From Roseobacter phage DSS3P8, in sequence record KT870145.1: a stretch of 24,000 nucleotides of DNA. One strand, written 5' to 3'. Position numbers and translations under genes: made by a program. A model generated the notes under the pieces. The model was given only the letters and a program-made list of their open reading frames with translations. It was not told the origin of the DNA and did no database searches. Every line of letters starts with the position of its first letter. The stretch's first letter is position 1. Below, one piece after another: positions 14,491 to 20,890 of this stretch.

Positions 14491-14616
14491 ATGACGACCT
14501 TCATCCTCGGTGCCATCGCTGGCACCTTCATCCCAATGCCGTATCAGAGTGCCATCCGCGACTTCGTTGTCGATGTATGGGACCGGGCAAAGGAGCTTGT
14601 AAAGCGCCCTGAGTGA
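14491..14616 (+). CDS. Small hypothetical protein (41 aa)
   Basis: MTTFILGAIAGTFIPMPYQSAIRDFVVDVWDRAKELVKRPE* with AGGAGAG SD. Confidence 0.6.
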   Translation: MTTFILGAIAGTFIPMPYQSAIRDFVVDVWDRAKELVKRPE

Positions 14617-14718
14617 GCCTATGCTTCTCGGATTCGCGGACGAGGTATCCTTGTTTGCGTTTCGGTGGCGTTTTCGCAAGGGGTGTGCGCCTGAAGAACC
14701 CCTTGCACTTTCTTTGAC

Positions 14719-14766
14719 CCGTAATGACATTTTCGTTGACACGCTTTTTGTTATCTGCTAGATAAC
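14719..14766 (+). promoter_or_regulatory. Promoter module type 2, copy 2
   Basis: TTTGACCCGTAATGACATTTTCGTTGACA-17 nt-TAGATA. Confidence 0.6.
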
Positions 14767-15138
14767 ATGACAACGAGACAGGAATACGGACACTTGGAAG
14801 ACAACTTTCACCAGACCCCGTTCTGCCCGACTTGTGGACGACAGAACCCGATCAGCCACTCACCTGAATGGCTTTTGACGAGGTTCAGCGGAATCTTTGC
14901 GAACATCCTCGCACTGCTTCTGGAATGTCGCCGCGAACGTCGTGCAGCATCAAAGCGGGAACTCTGTTTTGCTGCCTACCCGGACACTCCGGGTGGACCG
15001 CCCATCACGGCTCCTAACGTCGTGCAGGCAACAGTTACGCGGGAACGCGCCAAGCTCCAGAAGATGGGGTGGGACGTTGTCGGACCAATGGTGACCGGAA
15101 CAGGTTACCAGCTCGTCGCACTGGAACAGCCACACTGA
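14767..15138 (+). CDS. Hypothetical protein, CxxC plus possible winged-helix
   Basis: FCPTCGRQNPIS...VVQATVTRERAKLQKMGWDVVGPMVTGTGYQLV. Confidence 0.75.
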   Translation: MTTRQEYGHLEDNFHQTPFCPTCGRQNPISHSPEWLLTRFSGIFANILALLLECRRERRAASKRELCFAAYPDTPGGPPITAPNVVQATVTRERAKLQKMGWDVVGPMVTGTGYQLVALEQPH

Positions 15139-15210
15139 ATTGTGGACTGCTCGTCGCGAAGGGCAGAACACATACCGCGGAGAGCTGACAGGGTTAGCTC
15201 TTCGCATCAC

Positions 15211-15298
15211 GCGCCGGTGCTCCGAGTGGACGATGGGGTCGGACTCTTAATCCGAATGCGAAAGCACACCGTGGGTTCGAATCCCACCCGGCACACCA
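15211..15298 (+). tRNA. Class II tRNA with apparent CUU anticodon
   Basis: GCGCCGG..CCGGCAC, Ser-like D region TGCTCCGAGTGGACGA, TCGGA-CTCTTAA-TCCGA, 15-nt variable region, GTGGG-TTCGAAT-CCCAC, ACCA. Confidence 0.78.
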
Positions 15299-15303
15299 AG
15301 TTT

Positions 15304-15381
15304 TGGCATGTAGTCTTCCGGGTGAAGGCGCTCGGCTGTTAACCGAGATTGAGGCTGGTTCGAGTCCAGCCGTGCCAGCCA
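15304..15381 (+). tRNA. tRNA-Asn (GUU)
   Basis: TGGCATG..CGTGCCA, CTCGG-CTGTTAA-CCGAG, GCTGG-TTCGAGT-CCAGC, GCCA. Confidence 0.9.
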
Positions 15382-15384
15382 ATT

Positions 15385-15458
15385 GACGATAGAGCCGGGT
15401 GGTTAGGCCGGGGATTGCAAATCCTCTTAGGTGAGTTCGATTCTCACTGTCGTCTCCA
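15385..15458 (+). tRNA. tRNA-Cys (GCA)
   Basis: GACGATA..TGTCGTC, GGGGA-TTGCAAA-TCCTC, GTGAG-TTCGATT-CTCAC, U73, CCA. Confidence 0.92.
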
Positions 15459-15463
15459 AGTTT

Positions 15464-15539
15464 GCTGACTAAGTGTTGATGGATACACGTCTGGTTGTGG
15501 ACCAGAAATAGCGAGGTTCGATACCTGCAGTCAGTTCCA
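15464..15539 (+). tRNA. tRNA-His (GUG)
   Basis: GCTGACT..AGTCAGT, GTGT..ACAC, TCTGG-TTGTGGA-CCAGA, GAGG-TTCGATA-CCTG, TCCA. Confidence 0.82.
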
Positions 15540-15543
15540 GTTT

Positions 15544-15617
15544 GGCCTATTTGCCGTCAGGGAAGGCTACCCGCTGTCTACGGGTAAAGACGGGTTCGAG
15601 TCCCGTATAGGTCGCCA
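15544..15617 (+). tRNA. tRNA-Asp (GUC)
   Basis: GGCCTAT..ATAGGTC, ACCCG-CTGTCTA-CGGGT, ACGGG-TTCGAGT-CCCGT, G73 CCA. Confidence 0.93.
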
Positions 15618-15634
15618 ATTCAGGAGGACGGCTC

Positions 15635-15994
15635 ATGATCGTTTTGATCACGGGCGGTCGCGAGTACAAGAACCAGCGCGAGCTTTTCTCTGTCCTCGAC
15701 CGCCTGCACGCGGAACGTAAGTTCACGTTCCTTGTACACGGCGATGCTCGGGGTGCTGACCAGATGGCACACCGTTGGGCGAAGAAGCGAGGTGTTCCAC
15801 CTGTGGCTATGGAAGCCCTTTGGGACACCGAGGGAGACGACGCGGGGACAAAGCGTAATGCAAGGATGCTGGCCTTCACAAAGCCGGACCTCGTAGTTGC
15901 GTTCTCCGGGGGGCGGGGCACATCAAATATGATGAGGATCGCCTTTGCAGCCGGTGTCGAGCTTATCGACGTAGAAGATTACGCCAAGGAGTGA
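15635..15994 (+). CDS. DUF2493/SLOG (YspA-like) family protein
   Basis: MIVLITGGREYKNQRELFSVLDRL...LVHGDARGADQMAHRWAKKRGVPP...VVAFSGGRGTSNMMRIA. Confidence 0.88.
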   Translation: MIVLITGGREYKNQRELFSVLDRLHAERKFTFLVHGDARGADQMAHRWAKKRGVPPVAMEALWDTEGDDAGTKRNARMLAFTKPDLVVAFSGGRGTSNMMRIAFAAGVELIDVEDYAKE

Positions 15995-15996
15995 CC

Positions 15997-16422
15997 ATGC
16001 GTTCGGCATTTGTTTCTATCAGCCTCGCTATCGGAATTCTTATCGGTATCGTGCTCAACTTTCCATTCGAGCGGGTGTTCTTCCCGACCGAGCCATACAA
16101 GAACGTGACGATCAACGAACAGGTCGTCGAGGGGAATGAGTTCCACCTCGTGGCAACTTTCGAGAAGACCGCCTGTACGTTCCAGTACATGGAATTCTAT
16201 GGGGAGCTGTTCGGTCGGTGGGAACGTCTCACGTATCGGGACAGCGAAGAGCCTCGCGGCGACCGCATCATTGGGTGGCATACATTCAATGTATACGCGG
16301 ACATGGGCGGGGTGGATTATACGACTATCGAGCTTCGGACGCGCCACAAGTGTGTCGAGATTGTCGATGGCAAGGAAGTGACAGAGATGGTTGATAAGGT
16401 TTTCTTCCGCTCTGAAATCTGA
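15997..16422 (+). CDS. Membrane-anchored hypothetical protein
   Basis: MRSAFVSISLAIGILIGIVLNFPF N-terminal hydrophobic segment; alternative GTG start at 15991. Confidence 0.75.
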   Translation: MRSAFVSISLAIGILIGIVLNFPFERVFFPTEPYKNVTINEQVVEGNEFHLVATFEKTACTFQYMEFYGELFGRWERLTYRDSEEPRGDRIIGWHTFNVYADMGGVDYTTIELRTRHKCVEIVDGKEVTEMVDKVFFRSEI

Positions 16423-16426
16423 GTTA

Positions 16427-16499
16427 GCTTGGGCCAGCGGAACTGGCGGCGGGTCTACGAAGCCTGCATGAGGGAGTTCGACTCTCCCCCCGAGCGCCA
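16427..16499 (+). tRNA. tRNA-Arg (ACG)
   Basis: GCTTGGG..CCCGAGC, CGGGT-CTACGAA-GCCTG, GGGAG-TTCGACT-CTCCC, GCCA. Confidence 0.88.
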
Positions 16500-16688
16500 A
16501 TGTGTGGCACGGCAATGATCACTGCCCTAAGGCTGAGAATAACCACCTCAGCCGCTGATAGGCAAATCACCGTGGGCCTACGGTCCTGACTATGGTGGTC
16601 GGGGGCGTCCCGAGAAAGGTCTTTGAGCATCCAATAGGTGTTCATTAGGGGAGAAGGAGGCCGGAATGGCGTTCCCTATCCCTGACAT

Positions 16689-16762
16689 GCGGATGTAGCC
16701 AAGTGGTAAGGCAGCAGGCTTCCACCCTGCCATCGTGGGTTCGATCCCCATCATCCGCTCCA
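16689..16762 (+). tRNA. tRNA-Gly (UCC)
   Basis: GCGGATG..CATCCGC, GCAGG-CTTCCAC-CCTGC, GTGGG-TTCGATC-CCCAT, TCCA. Confidence 0.93.
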
Positions 16763-16804
16763 AATTATCGGCCCGAGGGGGCCAGCGTAGCAAACCCCTC
16801 ATAT

Positions 16805-16878
16805 TGCCCCATCGTCTAGCGGTAGGACGCCTGTCTCTGAAACAGGAAAGCGCGGTTCGAATCCTCGTGGGGCATCCA
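16805..16878 (+). tRNA. tRNA-Gln (CUG)
   Basis: TGCCCCA..TGGGGCA, CCTGT-CTCTGAA-ACAGG, GG-TTCGAAT-CC, TCCA. Confidence 0.92.
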
Positions 16879-16968
16879 AATACTGCTTCCAAGCGTTCCC
16901 GATGGTAGAGCGCTCCCGATGCACAACGCGGCCTGTCGGCCCCGCGATATAGGCCGACACGAAGAATT

Positions 16969-17043
16969 GCAGGTATAGCTCAGCGGAAGAGCATCTGGTT
17001 GCCAATCAGAAGGCCGTGGGTTCGACCCCCACTACCTGCTCCA
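16969..17043 (+). tRNA. tRNA-Gly (GCC)
   Basis: GCAGGTA..TACCTGC, TCTGG-TTGCCAA-TCAGA, GTGGG-TTCGACC-CCCAC, TCCA. Confidence 0.93.
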
Positions 17044-17143
17044 AAGGAACCGTCCCTGAATAGCCAAGGCACACTTGGCAAAAGGGTGAGGCGGTGGGTG
17101 GCTCCCTAAAGAAGCTCGCGTGCCCTTCGGTTAGGGCGCATAT

Positions 17144-17218
17144 GGTCCTGTGGCGTAAATGGAAACGTACCTGCCTGATTAGCGGGGGTTAGAGGTTCGA
17201 TCCCTCTCGGGACTACCA
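17144..17218 (+). tRNA. tRNA-Ile (GAU)
   Basis: GGTCCTG..CGGGACT, CCTGC-CTGATTA-GCGGG, AGAGG-TTCGATC-CCTCT, ACCA. Confidence 0.9.
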
Positions 17219-17225
17219 TATTCTT

Positions 17226-17312
17226 GCGGATGTGGCGAAATGGTAGACGCGCTGTCTTCAGAAGGCAGTGTCCTAGTGGCGTGAGGGTTCAAATCCCTCC
17301 ATCCGCACCAAG
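17226..17312 (+). tRNA. tRNA-Leu (CAG)
   Basis: GCGGATG..CATCCGC, CTGTC-TTCAGAA-GGCAG, long variable arm, GAGGG-TTCAAAT-CCCTC, ACCA. Confidence 0.94.
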
Positions 17313-17380
17313 TAAGGGTTGCCCACATTGTGTGGGTGTAATCAGAGAATGAAGAAACTCTCTCTGCTCCCGATTTACAT

Positions 17381-17456
17381 GTGTCTGTAGTGAGGCTGGT
17401 GCTCACGCTGGTTTGAAAAGCCAGAGACGGAGGCTCGATCCCTCCCGGACACACCA
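17381..17456 (+). tRNA. tRNA-Phe (GAA)
   Basis: GTGTCTG..CGGACAC, CTGGT-TTGAAAA-GCCAG, GGAGG-CTCGATC-CCTCC, ACCA. Confidence 0.92.
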
Positions 17457-17461
17457 AGAAT

Positions 17462-17545
17462 GCCCATGTGGTGAAAAGGTAGACACGCAGTCTTGAGAGG
17501 GCTGTGCCGCAAGGTGTGCTGGTTCAAATCCAGTCATGGGCACCA
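17462..17545 (+). tRNA. tRNA-Leu (GAG)
   Basis: GCCCATG..CATGGGC, CAGTC-TTGAGAG-GGCTG, long variable arm, GCTGG-TTCAAAT-CCAGT, ACCA. Confidence 0.93.
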
Positions 17546-17553
17546 GATTAAAT

Positions 17554-17629
17554 GCCGTCATAGCTCAGTTGGAAGAGCGCTCGCCTTGTAAGCGAGATGT
17601 CGCGGGTTCGATTCCTGCTGGCGGCACCA
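17554..17629 (+). tRNA. tRNA-Thr (UGU)
   Basis: GCCGTCA..TGGCGGC, CTCGC-CTTGTAA-GCGAG, GCGGG-TTCGATT-CCTGC, ACCA. Confidence 0.94.
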
Positions 17630-17637
17630 GACAATGT

Positions 17638-17713
17638 GCGGGAATGGGCAAATGGTAAAGTCGCCCCCTTCAAACGGGGGAGCCTGAGGGTTCGAGTCCC
17701 TCTTCCCGTACCA
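17638..17713 (+). tRNA. tRNA with CAA (Leu) anticodon but short variable loop
   Basis: GCGGGAA..TTCCCGT, CCCCC-TTCAAAC-GGGGG, 5-nt variable AGCCT, GAGGG-TTCGAGT-CCCTC, ACCA. Confidence 0.88.
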
Positions 17714-17807
17714 ATCAACAAACCGAAACCGCTTAGAGGCTGTTGCCGCGGGCGTCCGAAAGGGCAGATGGGCGTCACACGTTTACCTGTGACGCTGATT
17801 AGGTTTT

Positions 17808-17894
17808 GGGCAGTGAACTCGGCAGGGCCGGGGACCGCTTCGAAAGCGGATCGGGCGCACCGCGTCTGGGGATCGAGACCTCCACTGCCCGCCA
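17808..17894 (+). tRNA. tRNA-Ser (CGA)
   Basis: GGGCAGT..ACTGCCC, CCGC-TTCGAAA-GCGG, long variable arm, GGGG-ATCGAGA-CCTC, GCCA. Confidence 0.88.
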
Positions 17895-17898
17895 ATAT

Positions 17899-17986
17899 GG
17901 ATGTGTGAACTCGGCAGGGCCGGGGACCGCCTTGAAAGCGGATCGGGCGCGTCGCGTCTGGGGATCGAGACCCCCGCCATCCTCCA
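17899..17986 (+). tRNA. tRNA-Ser (UGA)
   Basis: GGATG..CATCC, CCGC-CTTGAAA-GCGG, long variable arm, GGGG-ATCGAGA-CCCC, TCCA. Confidence 0.86.
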
Positions 17987-17990
17987 AAAT

Positions 17991-18065
17991 GCACCGGTAG
18001 CTCAGAGGCAGAGCGGCAGGCCCTTAACCTGCGCGACGGGATTTCGAAATTCCCCCGGTACACCA
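17991..18065 (+). tRNA. tRNA-Lys (CUU), C at position 33
   Basis: GCACCGG..CCGGTAC, GCAGG-CCCTTAA-CCTGC, GGGA-(T)TTCGAAA(T)-TCCC, ACCA. Confidence 0.82.
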
Positions 18066-18069
18066 AATT

Positions 18070-18142
18070 GCTTGCGCCAGCGGAACTGGCGGACGGCCTC
18101 CGAAGCTGTCCTGCGGGTGTTCGACTCACCTCGCGAGCGCCA
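18070..18142 (+). tRNA. tRNA-Arg (CCG)
   Basis: GCTTGCG..CGCGAGC, ACGGC-CTCCGAA-GCTGT, GGGTG-TTCGACT-CACCT, GCCA. Confidence 0.88.
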
Positions 18143-18146
18143 TTAT

Positions 18147-18221
18147 GCTGCCATAGCTCAGTAGGTAGAGCATGCCCTTGGTACGGGTAAGACACAGGTT
18201 CGAGACCTGTTGGCAGCACCA
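18147..18221 (+). tRNA. tRNA-Thr (GGU)
   Basis: GCTGCCA..TGGCAGC, TGCCC-TTGGTAC-GGGTA, ACAGG-TTCGAGA-CCTGT, ACCA. Confidence 0.93.
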
Positions 18222-18225
18222 AAAC

Positions 18226-18305
18226 ACGCTTGAAGCGCTAAAAGCGCTCGCATGTTCCGTAATTGTTCTTGACTCGCGCAAGCGAATCTGTCAAAAGCAC
18301 CCCAC
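18226..18305 (+). promoter_or_regulatory. Diverged copy of the early leader/promoter module
   Basis: CACGCTTGAAGCGCTAAAAGCGC...TTGTTCTTGACTCGCGCAAGCGAATCTGTCAAAAGCACC. Confidence 0.55.
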
Positions 18306-18315
18306 GAACAACATT

Positions 18316-18402
18316 GGAAGATGAACTCAGCAGGGCTGGGGACCGGTTGCTAACCGGATCGGACGCACCGCGTCTGGGGATCGAGACCTCCTTCTTCCGC
18401 CA
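18316..18402 (+). tRNA. tRNA-Ser (GCU)
   Basis: GGAAGA..TCTTCC, CCGG-TTGCTAA-CCGG, long variable arm, GGGG-ATCGAGA-CCTC, GCCA. Confidence 0.88.
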
Positions 18403-18418
18403 ATTCAAGGAGACGTGC

Positions 18419-18751
18419 ATGGGAAATATCGATGAACTGCGGGATTTGTACGCCGCTAAGAAGGAGCAAGGCCTCGTCGACGTAAAATTCGCGCTAAGCG
18501 ATTCCGCACGTGGAGCATCTGCAGACGAGATCGCTGGCGAGGTATTGGCTTTGAACGCAGCCATTGCGGCAGGGGCATACAAGAAGCTCGACTTTGGGGA
18601 TTCTCATCTCGTCAAGGCGCTGGAAGCAAGGCACCCAGAACACAAGGTACTCAGCGTATGCTTCGCCGCCGAGCAGGACGAAAAGCTCGCCGAAGCTGTG
18701 AGGAACGCTGTTGAAGTATCAGTGGACTTCTTTGACTCCACCTCGGGGTAG
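18419..18751 (+). CDS. Hypothetical protein
   Basis: MGNIDELRDLYAAKKEQGLVDVKFALSDSARGASADEI...; CAAGGAG SD. Confidence 0.8.
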   Translation: MGNIDELRDLYAAKKEQGLVDVKFALSDSARGASADEIAGEVLALNAAIAAGAYKKLDFGDSHLVKALEARHPEHKVLSVCFAAEQDEKLAEAVRNAVEVSVDFFDSTSG

Positions 18752-18761
18752 GGGGAAATCA

Positions 18762-19313
18762 ATGAACTTCATGGAATGCGCAACCTGCGCTGCCAAGCCG
18801 GGATCACCTATCCTGTGTGATAGCTGCCTACACAATCGCCGTGTGATCGGCGAACTAACACGCGCACCCGACGTGCGCCCGACATTGATTGGAGACCCGA
18901 TGACCCAACCGACCCTTTACATCCTTATGCGACGCGACATGGCTTCCATGAATGCGGGCAAGGCGATGGCACAGGCCGCTCACGCGGCGAACCAGTTTAC
19001 CTACAAGCTCGAAGACCATGGGTCTGTGGCTGACTGGTTTGGTGAAGCCTATACCGGCGAAGATCGCCGCGAACCTGCAGGGTTCGGAACCACACTGACT
19101 TTGGGTGTATGGTCCGAACGCGAGCTTCGCGAAATCGTAGACGCAGCACGCGAAGACGGCTTCGAAGCCGACATCGTGCTCGACAACACCTATCCCGTCA
19201 AGGACGGGAAGGTCACCCACCTCATCCCTGTCATCACGTGTGGATACGTCTTCACGAAGTGCCGCAAGGACCACCCGATCTCCGCCCTTGCCGGGTTGGA
19301 GCTTCACCCGTAG
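18762..19313 (+). CDS. PTH2-like peptidyl-tRNA hydrolase with N-terminal Cys motif
   Basis: LYILMRRDMASMNAGKAMAQAAHAANQF resembles the PTH2 N-terminal signature; N-terminal CATC..CDSC could bind Zn. An internal start at 18900 is possible. Confidence 0.7.
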   Translation: MNFMECATCAAKPGSPILCDSCLHNRRVIGELTRAPDVRPTLIGDPMTQPTLYILMRRDMASMNAGKAMAQAAHAANQFTYKLEDHGSVADWFGEAYTGEDRREPAGFGTTLTLGVWSERELREIVDAAREDGFEADIVLDNTYPVKDGKVTHLIPVITCGYVFTKCRKDHPISALAGLELHP

Positions 19314-19331
19314 CAGAAGGAGAAAAACACG

Positions 19332-19829
19332 ATGTTGCGCACCGCTGTATTAGAGGAAGTTAGGGCTTACCTCGGAACTGTCTCCGAGGAATCCCGTGTC
19401 TACATTGGCTGCGACAGCAGCCGCCACAAGGACCGTGATGGTAATTGGATGGCGAACTACACGACCGCTATCGTGGTGCACAACATCGATGAAAACGGTC
19501 TCGGGCATGGGTGCCGCGTATTCTGTGACACCCATAAGCTGCAGGATTACGACCAGAGGCACGACCGCCCTGCCATGCGGATGATGCAGGAAGCCTACCA
19601 CGCCGTGGAAGCTTACCAGCAGCTCGAAGACGAATTGATCATGCGCGAGGTTGAAGTCCACCTCGACGTCAACGCCGACCCGAAGCACGGGTCCAACTGC
19701 GCAATGTCGATGACCATGGGCTATGTCCGCGGCGTCACCGGGCGCGACGTTATGATCAAGCCGGACGCATTCGCTGCGTCTTACGCTGCAGACCACGCCG
19801 TACGCGGAAAGTTTCGTGTCTTGCAGTGA
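19332..19829 (+). CDS. YkuK/DUF458-like RNase H-fold protein
   Basis: SRVYIGCDSSRHKD...YTTAIVVHNI...VEVHLDVNADPKHGSN..; acidic DSS and DVN motifs. Confidence 0.7.
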   Translation: MLRTAVLEEVRAYLGTVSEESRVYIGCDSSRHKDRDGNWMANYTTAIVVHNIDENGLGHGCRVFCDTHKLQDYDQRHDRPAMRMMQEAYHAVEAYQQLEDELIMREVEVHLDVNADPKHGSNCAMSMTMGYVRGVTGRDVMIKPDAFAASYAADHAVRGKFRVLQ

Positions 19830-19841
19830 CAGCTAAAGTGA

Positions 19842-19860
19842 CAGGCGGTTAGACCGCCTG
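19842..19860 (+). terminator. Strong hairpin CAGGCGGT-TAG-ACCGCCTG
   Basis: 8-bp perfect stem after the YkuK-like gene; no U tract. Confidence 0.4.
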
Positions 19861-19947
19861 ACACAGAGGGGATGGGCCAAGCGGGGTAGTAGCGGGCCGG
19901 TGGACCAAACCAGAAGTGAAGAATCGAGCAACTCTTCCCCTCTATAT

Positions 19948-20034
19948 GGACGGTGATCCTGACTGGTGTCAGGGGCTGCTTGGAAAGCAGTACGCACTGA
20001 AAAGTGTGGGGTTCAATTCCTCCGCCGTCCGCCA
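19948..20034 (+). tRNA. tRNA-Ser (GGA)
   Basis: GGACGGT..GCCGTCC, GCTGC-TTGGAAA-GCAGT, variable arm CACT-GAAA-AGTG, GGGG-TTCAATT-CCTC, GCCA. Confidence 0.92.
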
Positions 20035-20140
20035 CACCTATGCGCCAAGCACAATGCTGCAATGCAGCGATAAAGCTTGGTTCTTCGGCACATGTCAGTT
20101 ATACTTGCACCATCAGAAAAGATGACACAAGGAAACTGAA

Positions 20141-20287
20141 ATGACCATCCTCAAGCGCATGATGCGCTCGCTCACCATCGGTCGCACCTGCAGCGCGCTC
20201 AATGCGCTCTCCGACCGCCAGCTCGCCGACATCGGCATCAACCGTGCAGGTATCTACAAGCACGTCGCTTCAATCTACGAGGTCTGA
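20141..20287 (+). CDS. DUF1127-like small protein
   Basis: MTILKRMMRSLTIGRTCSALNALSDRQLADIGINRAGIYKHVASIYEV*; LSDRQLADIGI motif. Confidence 0.8.
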   Translation: MTILKRMMRSLTIGRTCSALNALSDRQLADIGINRAGIYKHVASIYEV

Positions 20288-20288
20288 C

Positions 20289-20438
20289 ATGCTCACATCA
20301 TTCCGCCGTTGGCGTGCGTACGTCGCAGCCCGCAATGAACTGCAGGCGCTCGACACTGCCGCCCTCCGCGACATCGGCATCACTCCCGGTGACATCCATT
20401 TTCTGGCAGTAGCTGAGGCTAACCGCCAGTATCCATAA
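20289..20438 (+). CDS. DUF1127-like small protein, second copy
   Basis: MLTSFRRWRAYVAARNELQALDTAALRDIGITPGDIHFLAVAEANRQYP*; FRRWR..L..L..LRDIGIT motif. Confidence 0.8.
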   Translation: MLTSFRRWRAYVAARNELQALDTAALRDIGITPGDIHFLAVAEANRQYP

Positions 20439-20439
20439 T

Positions 20440-20515
20440 CTGCTCGTAGCTCAGAGGACAGAGCGTGGGGCTTCTACCCCCAGCGGCGAGGGTTCGAATC
20501 CTTCCGGGCAGGCCA
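20440..20515 (+). tRNA. tRNA-Arg (UCU)
   Basis: CTGCTCG..CGGGCAG, TGGGG-CTTCTAC-CCCCA, GAGGG-TTCGAAT-CCTTC, GCCA. Confidence 0.92.
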
Positions 20516-20631
20516 TTTTTGGCGTTAAAGCCAAAATACAGCCAGATCGGGATGATCCGGAGGGCATTTTGGTATTAAAGCCAAATATGATCCAAGGATC
20601 ATAGCCAACGAATATGATGCAGGCATCATAT
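20516..20631 (+). repeat. Four tandem short hairpins between tRNAs
   Basis: TTTTGGC-GTTAAA-GCCAAAA, TTTGG..CCAAA, ATGATCC-AA-GGATCAT, ATATGATG-CAGG-CATCATAT. Confidence 0.7.
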
Positions 20632-20707
20632 GCTGATGTAGCTCAGTAGGCAGAGCGCTCGCCTCGTAAGCGAGAGGTCGTCGGTTCGAAACCGACCGTC
20701 AGCACCA
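20632..20707 (+). tRNA. tRNA-Thr (CGU)
   Basis: GCTGATG..CGTCAGC, CTCGC-CTCGTAA-GCGAG, GTCGG-TTCGAAA-CCGAC, ACCA. Confidence 0.94.
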
Positions 20708-20711
20708 GTTT

Positions 20712-20786
20712 CAGGATGTAGCTCAGGGGTAGAGTGCTTGGTCGGGAACCAAGAGGCCGCGGGTTCAATCCCCGCCATCCTGACCA
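20712..20786 (+). tRNA. tRNA-Pro (GGG)
   Basis: CAGGATG..CATCCTG, CTTGG-TCGGGAA-CCAAG, GCGGG-TTCAATC-CCCGC, ACCA. Confidence 0.94.
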
Positions 20787-20810
20787 AAACAATCGGACAG
20801 CCAAATCGTC

Positions 20811-20880
20811 ATTTGACCCGTTATGTCACTTTTCTTGACATTAGCCGTCTGCTTTGTCATTAATACGGACAAACGAGGCA
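20811..20880 (+). promoter_or_regulatory. Promoter module type 2, copy 3 (upstream of portal gene)
   Basis: TTTGACCCGTTATGTCACTTTTCTTGACATTAGCCGTCTGCTTTGTCATTAATACGGACA. Confidence 0.65.
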
Positions 20881-20890
20881 AAACAGCAAC

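Noticed and set aside
15547-15921. Minus-strand ORF opposite the DUF2493 gene
   Set aside because: Shadow ORF; the + strand product has a clear family signature.
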